NCBI GenBank assembly: GCA_051294375.1 | Contig: CM119268.1 | Location: forward strand, 22,155,165 to 22,219,164 | From: Paraspadella gotoi | Taxonomy: Eukaryota; Animalia; Chaetognatha | DNA: 64,000 nt | Direction of reading: 5' to 3' | In this document: positions 14,834 through 61,800 of the stretch, one piece after another | How positions within the stretch are numbered: position 1 is the first letter of the stretch | How the letters are laid out: the number at the start of each line of letters is the position of its first letter | Translations under genes and position numbers: made by a program | The notes under the pieces: model-generated | The model's database searches: none | What the model saw: the letters and a program-made list of their open reading frames with translations, nothing else | Told to the model about the DNA's origin: nothing

Positions 14834-15305
14834 TCATAGCGACGATGACTATAGAATATCGTGGAAAATGTTTGGTTTTAAATTAGAAAACTAATTGAGT
14901 CATGGAACTAAAAAAAATATAATCAATCATTCCAGCAATCTGTCAATCAGTGAGGCAATCAATTAACCAATCAACTACTCAGTAATCAACCAATCGATAA
15001 AACAATTAATCAATGAACAAATGGGATAGGCAATGAATCCACCAATTAATCAATTATTATGTCATTCCGAAAATGAATTAATTGAAAAATCAATAAATTA
15101 TTCATTTAGACAACAAATAGATTAGTCAATGAATTAATAAGACATTTAATCAATCAATCGATCAATCGATCCATCAATCAAATAAATAAATTAATAAATA
15201 AATAAATAAATAAATAAANNNNNNNNNNNNNNNNNNTAAATAAATAAATAAATAAATAATAATAAAAAATAAAAAAAGAATAATAAATAATAAATAAATA
15301 AATAA

Positions 15306-15400
<95 letters not shown>

Positions 15401-15430
15401 ATTCCTAATTCCTAATTCCTTCAGGTGCTT

Positions 15431-49768
<34,338 letters not shown>

Positions 49769-51520
49769 GGGGAGAGCGAGGTGGGATATCAGGCTGCAGC
49801 GCGGATCGGGTATTGGGCAATTTTATTCGCAGTGTTTTTTTTTCCTTTTGTAATTAACTATAATTTTAGTGGACAATCACTAATTAATCCGCGCTGTAGC
49901 CACTTCCCTTTTTACAACATCGAATGTGATAGGCTAGAATTAAATAAATACTATTCGTCCGCAAAAAAAAAGCTACGTATCTTTAGAACCGTTTGACGGC
50001 CGCCATGTTTATTTTTATTCGTTTGTGTTTAGTTATGTTTTTTAAAAAAGAATATTTTTTCGTTGTTTTTTTTCATAAAAAATCGAAAGAAAATCGGCTC
50101 AGAAATTTTGTGTTTTGTTCATCTGTTTCGCTGTAAAACGCTTTCAGTTTCTCCCGTGAGAGGGATTCTCCGGCGATCGGCTATCACAAGATGTGTAGTA
50201 AATATAGTGTATAACCGTTAAAGGTTTTCATTTTATTATTGTATATCAAACAAAAAAACGTGGCTAATATAAAGCTAAAACGCTAGGATCGTCGTCTCGT
50301 CTTTAGACAAAATGTGTTGACAAGCGTCGCTCGTTCGCACGCGAAAAAAAAAAAAAAATACCGGGGAGGGACAACGTAAACCGCAAAACCCTTACTTCAC
50401 TTACCTTTGCCACTTTTCCCCACCCTTCTATACCAGTTTCTTCTCTTCCTCACCCTTCTATACCTCTCTCTCCTCCCCTCGCAAAAACTAGTCGGTTTCC
50501 CCCCTCATCTGTCCCGAATAAAATTACTTATTGTCTGAATGTTATTTGAACCAGATGTACTTTCTATTCCTATTTACATATATTTCGTCGTGGTGGATAG
50601 AAAAAGTATTATTTTTACCTACAAAAAAAAAGTAGAAAAAAAATCCCTAACAAAAAAATGGAAACATGAATTGGCAGTTTTTTTCCCCTTATTGATCATT
50701 TATCTGTAAAAGATATCGGATGATTTTTTCGTCTCTTGTTCACGTATTTTTAGGAAACATTATCAAAAAAAATAAACTAACGAAAAAAATGAACGCTTTC
50801 TAGATTTTCGCATACGTTTAAAACATTATTTCTGTGAAATAATGGCTTCGTGTAATGTTTCAATTTTATGAAATGAACGAATTAAAAAAAAAAACCTAAC
50901 TCGGCATTGAACGATCGTTTATTTTAATTAACATTTATCACGATAGTTAAATAACAAGGAGAATTGTGAAGGAAGTGTAGTAGTGTATTACGAAAAGAAA
51001 ATAAAACTTAAGAAACGACGGATCAATTATTCACAAACGAAAAAAAAATTGACAGAAAACGGGGATATTTATTTTCACTAAGTTAATTATCATTGGAGAC
51101 AAAAATGACCGCCATGGGTGGATGGAGTAGATGGACAGCAAACGCCTCTTCGCGGTAAAACAAATTACTAACCACAGGACAAGATCGAGAATTAAAAGAG
51201 AAAAAACAAGACTGCCATCTGCGGGGAGAAAGAGGAATGAAAACGTCTCTAGACAAAAGAATTAAGATTCGAAATGGGAATTAGGATATTTCTTTCTAAT
51301 AAAAAAAAATATATTTGCAGCGCCCCCAAAAAATATATTTTTCTCTCAGGCCTAAAATAGTAAACTTCTTCGAGTCTCCGACATTTTAAAACGGACAAAA
51401 GTCAAACCGGAGCCTTAAACACAGAGGGCGCGCGATAAAGAAATTAACCGAATACGAAATAACAGAAATTCGACGCGTGACATTTGACTCCGTCGCGTCA
51501 CTCTCTCTCTATCCTCCACT

Positions 51521-54500
51521 TCAAACGATGGGCGCGGCGCTGAAGCAGAGCTTGATGATGAAGGGACTGTTCTTCCTGGTGGAGCGGTCCCGGTCGCGTT
51601 CGCCTTCCTTGAGGACGCGACCGTCGGGTCGAACCGTCAAGTGATTCGAGAGGCAGATGGCGTCCGTGGCGTCGCGTTTGGAATCCCATTGGAGGAGACC
51701 CGATGAACTTCGGTTGCTTGATTTGGCGGGGAACACCTGGAGAGAGGAGGAGAGAGAGGAGGAAGAGGGGAGAGAGAGGAGAAAGAGGTGGAGGAAAAAA
51801 GGGGGAGCAAAAATGGGAGAGTGAGGGAGAAAATTGGGAAGAAAGATGGGGAGGAAAAATGGGAGGAAAGGAAGAAAGATGGGGAGGAAAAATGGGAGGA
51901 AAGGGAGAAAAAATGGGAGGGAACGGTATGGGGGAAAGAAAAAAAAATAAAAGGAAGAAATTCAATAAAAATTATCGAAACTTTTTAACGAACGAAACAA
52001 TAGAAAATCTGTTCTAATATCCTAATCGAGCCTCTCTCTATCCCGACCTTACCTCCCAAACCCAACACTCTTCGACTAACTTACCTTAACCTTCTCCGGC
52101 TTTTCGCAACCAGCGTCGATGAGGACGGCGACAATATCCTCTTCCTCCCAATCGAGCGGAGCGTTGAAGTAGTGGAGGATCTCGCCCGGCGGCTGGATCC
52201 GGTTCTTGGCCGCCATATCGGGGGTGCTGAACCGGTTGTTCTTGTTCCCCATGTAGTCCACGAAGGCGGGGGTGCCATCCTGGGGGTTGGTGGGGTTTTG
52301 ATGAATGTAAAGAAATGGATCAAGTTTGAAGAAAGGAAGAAAAAGAGTTGACACCTTAAGTTCGCCGGGGTTGGCCTGATCCTGGAGGAAGGATTGCTTG
52401 GAGTAGGTGATCTAAAAAAAAAAAAGGGATTCATTATTAAATATTTATTACTTTATATATAAAATAGTAAATCTAATAAATTCACCTGGAATCTATGTTC
52501 GAATGCCGTCATGTTGTTAAGATTTTGTAGGACTCGTTCACAACCGGCGGCGTCGCCCATCTAAAAAACAAAGTGAAAAATATTTGACGCCGTTAATGGA
52601 TCCCAACCGAGCACCGCAGCTCGGAATTGCAGACACGGACTGATCATTAAATCCCCATCCAGCACCGCAGCCCTCAAATTGCCGACCTGGACCATAGCGG
52701 CGCCGTCCTTGCTCTTGAGGAACTTGATCCTGACCACGTTTCCGTAGAGGCAGACGAGATTGAAGAGTCGATCGCAGTTCATCTGATCAGGATTCATTCC
52801 GTAGAACATGAGGACGCAATTCTGTTGCGGAGCCGCGTTGCCGCCCGCGATGCCTTGTCCGCCGCCCAGCAGCGCCATCTAAAAGCCAAATTCCATTTTA
52901 ATTCCAATTTAATTCATAATTAAAACTTTAATAATGACGCTTCCCGCGAACCTGCGGACCGTTGAAGCCGCGATCCCTGCCGCCGCCACCGCCGCCGCCG
53001 CGACCGTCCATATCCATGTCCATGTCCATGTAGCCTTTAGAAAAAGGATATTAAAATAGAACAAAATCAATGAGAAGAGAAAAAAGGAAAGGAAAATCTC
53101 AAAGGTGGAACTCACCTCTGCCCAACCTTCCCATGGCCTCTGCAACTACCATGGCGTCGAATCCTCTACCGCCCCTCATGTCGTCGAACATTCCGCCGCC
53201 GCCCCCGCCGCCGCCTCCATGGCGCATTCCGCGATCCATCCAACGATCCTGACCAAATAAAGAGCGGGGGGAGTTTGAAAAAAAGGGCGAGGGGATAAAT
53301 TTGAATACGAGACGAGAAAAAAAGCAAAGTAGCGATGCCATTTCTCATCAAGTTGCGTTGCCATCTCTCATCCCATCTCCAAAACTCACTCCTCTTCCTC
53401 TGTCATCCAAATCCATCTGCATTCGCCCGCCGCCGCCGCCGTAATTATCGTAGCCTCCGTCGTATCGACCCATCGGGCCGCCGCCGCCGCCGCCCATGTC
53501 GTAACCGCCGTCTCGACCGAAAGGGCGCGGGGGACCCAAGTCTGGATCGGCCAAGAGAGGACGTCCACGGTAGTCGTTAGTTTCGGATCGGCCTGACATA
53601 AATGGTGGGTGGGGAGAAATAGGGGACAAAAATACAAAAGATAAGAGGATTTCAATTTGAAAAAATAAAATCGTAATTTTTAGATCATAATTTTATTAAA
53701 AAGAAAAAAATTCTACAGTAAGAGGCAACAAAAAAAAAACAACATTTGACAGTAATTCAGATTTAATCGCGATATAATAATTGAGAGAAAAGAGAAAGGT
53801 ATAAAGTTCCGCTAAAGATAAAGCCGCCAAGTTTTCATACTTTACCATATCACAATAAGGGACGTTTTTTTTTAAGTAGAGAGAAGGGATTGAGGGATAG
53901 ATTCTCCTCCGTTTCCCCGTTGGATTCTCAGTTTTGTTTTCAGGTCCGCCGCCGCGGGCGCTGAAGTCGTCTCCTTTTGTCTTTAAGACAAAGTAAATCA
54001 AAGACAAAAATATGTTAATTATTTACGCTATTATAATCCGCCTTAAAAAGATTCATTTATATCGCTCTATTAGGTAAAGGTTGATAAATTTTGTGGTAAA
54101 TGCATTAATTATGTGGTTTAATTATGTAAAAATATGGATAATGAGCCCAATATTGCTTTTGTTAAGTTTATCAAATTGTGTAAAGATTTAACAATTGTTT
54201 TTGTGAAAGAAAACAAATTATAAAATGTGGGTATATGAAGATCATAAGCAATTCCTCAAAAGTTCCGAACATCCATCGCCCATCAAAGCAAACACCACCA
54301 TCTCAAACCATTTCTCACGATTTCTCGTAATCTCTGAAACATTAAGTTAACCACATTTTATAATTTGTCGCCCTTTTGTTATAAAATGTCATTATATGAG
54401 GGCAAATGTTGTATCAGTGAAATCAACCAAGACCTAACAGTAATAAGGAAGGTACGGTATTTCCGATCGAGCTGTGGCAGGAGGTGAAGAGTGGCGTCGA

Positions 54501-57500
54501 ATCTGTGGCGCGTCTGTGGCGCTGGAGAAGATGCGTCTGTGGCGCTGGAGAAGATGCGTCCATTTGCGTTGGGTGATGGAGGAGAAGCTGTGGAAGGGTC
54601 TTTGACTTCGGAGGAAACAGGAAATCATGTCGTGGACCGACGGACCGAGTTGAGGACAAGTTGAGACACGTCGATGTCCGCGGCTTTGATGTCAAAACAC
54701 GTGAATGGCGCCGCGAATGAGCGAAGCGGCAAAGAAGTGATAAGAGTTTGAATGGCGAGATCACGAAGCGACGATCTGTGTTGACGACTTCGTGGTGGAG
54801 ACTTTATTTTTTGTTTTCTTGTTTTGTTTTTAAGTGTTTTTTTGAAAAAAATACATGTAATGTAGTCGATCAAAAAATGGAACTCGTTAACGTTTGAACG
54901 AAATACAGAGCACTTGGTTTTAAAACCTAATACGCTAATATAAGTTTTTTTCTGAACCGGTTACAAATCATCTGGTGATCAAAATTTAAAACAATGGAAA
55001 TAAACGAAAAATTACTAAAAAAATTCATGCTCGACAAGTCCTGCGGGAAAAAAATGTCATGGTGTATGGGGCTCAAAAAGAATTAAGAAATTACAATTAT
55101 AATCTCGATGGTGATGAAATGGAATCTGAAATGAAATGACTATTGTGCAAAGCAATAAAGTGAAACCAGCTGCGAAAAACAATCTTGAGATTAACCGATT
55201 AAGTATAGAGTGCGCGGGTTCATCGATCGTGAAATGATTTCTTGTCTGAGTCAGACAGTCTGACCGGTCACTCGCGCGGAAATCCAAAGTTTTATTTTAA
55301 TTCATGGACACAATGAAGGCGTCGCGGTGGGGCGTCGGCCGAACGGGGGAAATTAACGAACAATCGGTTGTCATGTCTCATGAGGTAATTGCGGTATGAA
55401 TTCCCAAAATGCGTCAAGAATGGCATGGCATTTGATAATGTTTTCAGATTGTTATGGCTCATAACGTAAATGAATGCAATGAAAGCAATATGTATGTAAA
55501 TGATAAACTCACCGACGTTGGGATTAGTGAAGTCCCAGCTCTCGGAATCGTTGCGATAAACGTTTAGTTTCAGCGGCTGGAAAAGAGGGAGCGATACTTT
55601 TATACAATTGAAAAGGTTTATAAAACAATATACTTCATTGAGTTAATAATAGTCCTGATCGAAAGCATTTCTGTCGAAAGTCTTGAAATAGCTTATTTAT
55701 TAATTGAATAAATGGATAATTATGATTATAATTATGATTGAATTTAGAAAAAAAAATAGTATTCAAATGTCATTGATTGCGATGACACAGATTAGGAAAA
55801 AAAGAATGAAAAAAAATTAATCATCGGTAAAATAAATTTACAGTACAAGCATACATTTCCGTTCCGACTCCTCACCCATCAGCCGTGACTCACCTTGGCG
55901 TACTCGATCTTGAGCGTGCAGCAGCCAGAGTAAACGTCGGCGCCCTGGAGTTCCTTCTTGGCGCAAATGGCGGCGTCGACAGAATCGAACTCCACCATCG
56001 ACTGCAGAACAGATTTGCGGAAGATGACGATGCGGGCGACTTCGCCGAAGGGTTTGCAGATCGTGTGCATCACTTCCTGAAAACGGAGAGGGGGGGAGGA
56101 AGGTCGAATGGGGGGGGGAGAGGAGGAAGAGGGAAGGAGAAAAGGAGGGAGGAAAAGAGCACAAGTAGAATTCATTGCGAAAAATTATGAAAGCAGTGAA
56201 ACTAATTAGAAATCAAGGGAGAGGCTATATTAACCTTTTGTTGTATAGTTGATCAGTATTTCCAGAAGACAAGACTAACCAGTAACCACTCTCAACAATA
56301 ATATAAATTTAATTGTTATACTTAGTTTGAAACAAAGTACAGGGAGGTCCAGGTCAAATAGGACTAACTTCAAGTGCTTACAGCACAAAAACAGTTAATG
56401 ATGAAAAAAAAACTATTTGGAAACTAAACTAAATTTTATTTATATCGAAAACGTTTAGTAAATCCAACAGTAACTCCTGTAATTGATGCTTTTTGCATTA
56501 CATTGTGGACGAACAACAACACGCAACCTCGGTCAAACCATTTAACCTTACCCAACTTACCCTCGATCAATTTCCCTCATTAAATTAAATACCAATAAAA
56601 CTATTCTTACACTAAAACTTGTTGCGTCCACATATCATATTTTTTCGTAACACTTCCTTACAAAGTTTTAAGAAATTTTAACAAAAATCAAGATGTAAGA
56701 TGTTGACTAGTAACTTTTAACCGCGGAATTTTTCTGACTACAATCCTCTTGATTAATGAAAACGTAGGATAGAGAAGCAGAATGTCCCACTCATACCCTC
56801 CAAAACTTGACATCCTAACAACAACAAATGATAATAATGACAGTATTCCCGATGAGCGTAGTCGCAAAAGCCTGTGCCACCTTCTCTGGACACTTAGAGA
56901 AGAAGGTCATGGTTGATGAATAAATTTTTTTAATTGATTGTATTATTTTTACAATTTTTTACATGTGTACCAAATTACATACGATTATTCTTTTATTTAC
57001 CCATCCAAACTATTTTTTTAATTTAGTCCCAACAGAGCTGGACCTCCCCTGTATATTTTCTGAAGTATGGTATTTAGAGTATAGCAAAACAACCTTGTTA
57101 CTTTCATAATAAAACCTCAATGCTCATAGACAGAGTAGTATCTAAATTAAAATAAAGTTTCCTCACCACGGTGATGGGATAAAGTGGTTTTGAGACGGTG
57201 AAAAGAAGGACGTTGTGTTCGCGACGACGATCCTTCACGTCTCCGCCGGAAGATTCGCTGTGAGAAACAAAAGTGGAGGAAAGATATTTCACCATTGCAC
57301 AAAATTAAAAAGAGAGAAAGAGATTACTAACTGTCTATCTCCCTTGGAGGGAACGTCGATCTTGCTGCTCTTGGAATAGTTGAAGAGGGCGGGGTGATTG
57401 CTGATGAAGATGGTGTCCGTCTGCGATCGACGGACTAGATTCATCGAAGAGTCCACAGATTCGAATTCAACCAAAGCTGAGATTAAATATTAAATAATAA

Positions 57501-58199
57501 GTTAATATAAAGATACGTCGAAAAAAGCTTGGCCGAAAAATGAGAAAATGAACAAACTGAAAACAAGAAAGATATGAAAAAAAAAGTATGAACATTAAAA
57601 CAGACGATTTTCTTAGAAATAAGAAAAATCAAAAGGAAAACTAACTTAACTTGCAAAAAATAAAACTGCTCACCCTGATGTTTCCTGTTCATCATGAAAA
57701 TGTTGACGATTTTTCCGAATCGACTCAAAACGTCGAAAATATCAGACTCGAGGACGCCAGGGTGCAGCGAACGCACGTGAACGACCGGCGACGGCTCCTG
57801 CCTGTGATCATCGTCCGACTTACGTTTGTCACGGTCCTCGAAACGGTCCTGGGTATAAAAACGAAGTGATCAAACATTCAATGTCCCTGAGAACCTTTAA
57901 TAATGTTCATTATTCGTTGTTTTTCAACTCACTCTGGACCCGGACTGGACACCGTGACCATCGATATTGGTCCTCAGCTTCTTGGACGCGTGCCCGTCGT
58001 AGCTTGACATACTGTCCGTGTCAGATTCAGATTCAGATTCGTCTTCGGCCTTGACAATCAGCTCTAGAACCCGTTTAGGTTTACGCGAGGAAGTCAGAGA
58101 TTCTGGGGATTCCTTGCTGTCCTTACTGGTCTTGCTGCTCTTGTCCACAGTTTCGACTTCGTGCTGCACAGAACATTTGCTATGAGGTTGAATGCGCAT
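51521..58199 (-). CDS. HNRNPL: Heterogeneous nuclear ribonucleoprotein L (smooth-like), four-RRM splicing regulator
   Basis: 14 phase-consistent GT-AG exons: 57933-58199, 57674-57848, 57332-57476, 57167-57257, 55894-56076, 55513-55576, 53390-53592, 53116-53248, 52952-53034, 52687-52878, 52486-52560, 52355-52411, 52085-52279, 51521-51736. Diagnostic peptides: SPVVHVRSL...HQALVEFE (RRM1), VLLFTVSKPLYPITVEVMHTIC...GADVYSGCCTLKIEYAKP (RRM2), a Gly/RGG-rich linker, VLMFYGMNPDQMNCDRLFNLVCLYGNVVRIKFLKSKDGAAMVQM (RRM3), NNRFSTPDMAAKNRIQPP...LHYFNAP...SSSGLLQW...IKLCFS (RRM4). The start codon is tentative. Confidence 0.95.
56340..57051. mobile_element. Tc1/mariner-type MITE in an hnRNP L intron
   Basis: Imperfect ~30-bp TIRs CAGGGAGGTCCAG..GGACTAA / TTAGTCCC..CTGGACCTCCCCTG flanked by TA on both sides. 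Confidence 0.6.
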
Positions 58200-58805
58200 G
58201 ATCTTCGCTCTGATTGGTGGACAACGAGAGACCGCCGAATCCTCGACGCTGATTGGCTAGATTTCGAAAAGCTCTTCCACGAGAGAACGCCACGCGTACT
58301 GAACTTTCGGTTAAAAGCGGAGGTGAAATGAACAGCGGAAAAGTAAATTAGCCTTTTAAAAAAGTAGACCAAGTCTGAAATTAAGATAAACTTAATTATG
58401 AAGTTTTAGTAGCTCGTTAGACACCGTTCTAAACTGTCCATGGTAACTATTGAAAAAAATGGACGTCGTGGACATATAATCTCTATATTACAATGTGGAC
58501 AACAGAATGGCGAAGATGTAAAACCTTGGTTTTGTTAGTGTACGATACAAATGTATGAGAATTGTGGATAAAGTGAAAAAAAAGCTATTTCTTATTTAAC
58601 AGGAGCCGGTGGGCGAGTTATTTCGGCCCCGGTTAAACAAAGAAATCGAGAAAAGAATTTTCTTAGAAGTTGGGTATGACATACGGTTATTTTCTACAAT
58701 GAAAATACGTTTTATCGTCACGATTATGTATTTGGCAGTGAAGATAAGAGGACGTAAATCGAATGGAGAAAATCTACTATTTTAAATAAAATAAAAAGGT
58801 TACTC

Positions 58806-61800
58806 CTACAAATTATCGGACGTTTGATGAGAATCGAGTTCTTCGCTTTGCGTAACCTCCGTCGCTTGGACTTCGTTCGACTCAATGACGATTGATTCGT
58901 CGACGTTCTGGACGACGTCTCCGGCCTTCCGATTTTCGATCGACTCGTCAGAGTTTTTATTTTCTCCTTCCTTCCGTAAGACGGTTTCCTTCGAACTGAC
59001 GTCGCCATTTTCGTTTCGCGAAGACGATAACTCCTCGGTATTGTCCTTTTTTCCCATTTCGGTCAAACGGTTCTCTGATTCATTAGATATCTCGATGGGA
59101 TTTCCATCTTCGTCCTCTCTTATATTTTGAATTTTGTTTGTAAAACTATCGCTTTTCATAAACTGACTCAACTGAAGATTAACTTGTTGATCTAAATGTT
59201 TGTCGAGGTTTTGTCCGATCGAATCTGATTGGCTGATTTTTAGCTGATCGGCTGATTCGTCTCCTTCTTCACTCTCTTTGTTTTCGTCGACTTTGTCCCT
59301 TTTTTCGTCGCTTTTCTTTTCATTTTCGTCGTTTTGGTCGTTTTGTGCTGGCGACGATTTCGCCGTAGCGCCGTCCACCTCTTCTTCCTCCTCCAGTAAG
59401 TCTTCAGAGACGGCGTCGGCCGTGTCGCCGCCGGTCAAGTCGCCCGTCAGGTCGCCCTCCGTGCCGTCAAGGCTGCGGCGTTGAAGACCCTCTTCGGGGA
59501 GCGCTGCGGCCCGGTCCTCGAGCAGGGCAGAGAGGAGAGGAAGGGTTACGGTTTGACTCATGCCGCGTCCGCCTGTGGGTGATATTAAAAAGCCGGTCAT
59601 GAAAGTCACATTAATTGATTCATTAGATTATAAGTTAAAAACACGTTTTTTAACAGGTGTACGAAGAAAATAAAATTAATTACGGTAAAAAAATGTTAAA
59701 AAATGATAGAATAAAAAAATGAAAAAAAACTAATGTTTACTCACCGTTAATATCGGCGGATCTGACAGCCTCCTTCTTTTCGTTGATAACCTTGAGGATT
59801 TCTCCCTCTGATTCGCAGCTCCTGAAGATTATTTTTTTATCAATTGTTAAATAATATATTTTGTAAAATATTTTTGTTTTTATTAAAAAAGTGACTAATA
59901 GTGACTGATAAACGTATATTCTGATAGCCCATGGATATTTATAAATATTACGCAAGCTTTCTTAAAGATTAAACCTAATAAAGCAAAATAAACGAAGCCT
60001 TACCTGTCGAGCGCGTCGGCGTCCAGCAGCGCCTCCACCGATGGACAGAGGTGAGGATAGAGCTCGCGGTAAGTCGGCGGCGGGAGCATGGCGTTGGAGG
60101 AGAATGGGCTGGCGGGTGTGGCAGCGCTGGACTCAACGATCGAGAAGTAGTCGGGTGGCATCGAACCCTAATATCGGTTGGGAGTGGGAGGATCTTTTTA
60201 GTTTAAATACTAAGGGCCTCTAATGTTAACAGTTAAATACTAAGGGCCTTTAATGTTAACAGTTAAATGCTAAGGGCCTTTAATGGTAACAGTTAAATAC
60301 TAAGGGCCTTTAATGGTAACAGTTAAGACTAAGTAAAATTCAAACTTCTTTCAGAATTAAAAGTTAAAGACACACAAATCAACAAGGATGAACAGACTCT
60401 CTGTATTAGCACAGCCTCAACTCCCAAACCTGCGAAGTCCACTGTGCCTTGGAGGCCGTGAGCTCGAGGGCCGCATCGGCCGGCGGAGGAGGAGGCTTAG
60501 GGTTGCCGTCGACGGGAGGTTCGACGGCTCGGTCGAGGCCGGGTACGAACACCTCGCCCGAATCTACGAAGACATTGAGGAAAGGATTGCGCGGCCAAAG
60601 CGGATGTGTCAGTTTGGGTTCCTCGTCGGCGGGCGGCGGAGTTTTCAAGACGATGGGGGAAAGTTGAGTCACGTCTTTTACCTTCGAGGGATTGGGGGGG
60701 GGCGAAGGGGAGCAGGAAAGGAAATGAGAAAAAGATCATCAGCGAAGGGAATAAATGTTTTGATTTTCAGTTGGAGTTTTTTATTTTTCTTTTTCCTCTT
60801 TTCACGTCTCTTTATTTCTGCTATTCTCACTATATCCATCCATCCATCCTTATTTCCTTCTTTCTTTCTTTCCTTCTCTTTTTTGTTCTTTCTCTCTTCC
60901 TCCCTTCTTCTCTCTCTTCCTCATTTTCATTCTCTGCTCCCTTCCTCCCTTTTCACTTACCTGAGTCTCCCTCTCGTCTTTTCTCCCTCCCTCCTTCTTC
61001 CTCCCTCCCTCCTTCTTCCTTCCTTCTTCCTTCTTCCTCCCTTCCTCCTTCTTCCTCCCTTCCTCCTTCTCTTTCTTCCTCTCGCTCTCCTCAGGAATGT
61101 TGATGATCAGCGACGCCGGAGGCTTTTGTTTCGCTGGCGATGACGCCGGTTTGAACGCGGCGTCGAACGTCACGGACGGCGGGGAAGCCGGCGGCGGCGC
61201 TGGCGGCGGAGCGACCGGAACGGCGGCGAAGAAAGGGTTGTAACCGGGCGGAGGAGCCGAGGCGGGCGCCGGGGCAGAATGCGGCGCTGCCGAGGCGTAT
61301 TGCGGCGCGGCTGGAGAGTAGGGCGGCGCGGCGAATGACGCCGAAGCCGACGCCGGCGCCGGCGACGCGAAAAAGTCATTGGCGACGACGAGTGGCGGGG
61401 CCGACGGAGCAGCTCGTCCGCGAGGACTTTGACTCAAATCGTTCATGGGACCGGAGAATGAAGTCTTGGCAACGCGAGGAGAATTCGTGGCGCCGTAAGG
61501 AGAGTTCGTGGCGCCGTAAGGAGAGTTCGTGGCGCCGTAAGGAGGGTTCGTGGCGCCGTAAGGAGAGTTCGTGGCGCCGCTGAGGGACGTTAAGTGAACG
61601 ATGGCGACTTTAGGGTTGAGTAGTGGAGAAGCGGAGCCGCTGCCGGGCGGAGAGAGAACGCCGCCTCCGACGCCGCAGCGCCGAGTTTCCGGCGGCGACG
61701 CCCAAGATCGAGTCGGCGTCCCCCAATCGCGATGAATGACGCCGTCCAGCGACGCCGGAATTTCGTCGGAAGCGGCGCTGCGACTGGAACCCGAGCGGCG

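Noticed and set aside
12379-14837. ORFs containing long X runs
   Set aside because: They span assembly N-gaps.
55090-55110. Box C (TGATGA) and box D (CTGA) snoRNA-like motifs
   Set aside because: They are antisense to the host hnRNP L transcript and too close together for a snoRNA.
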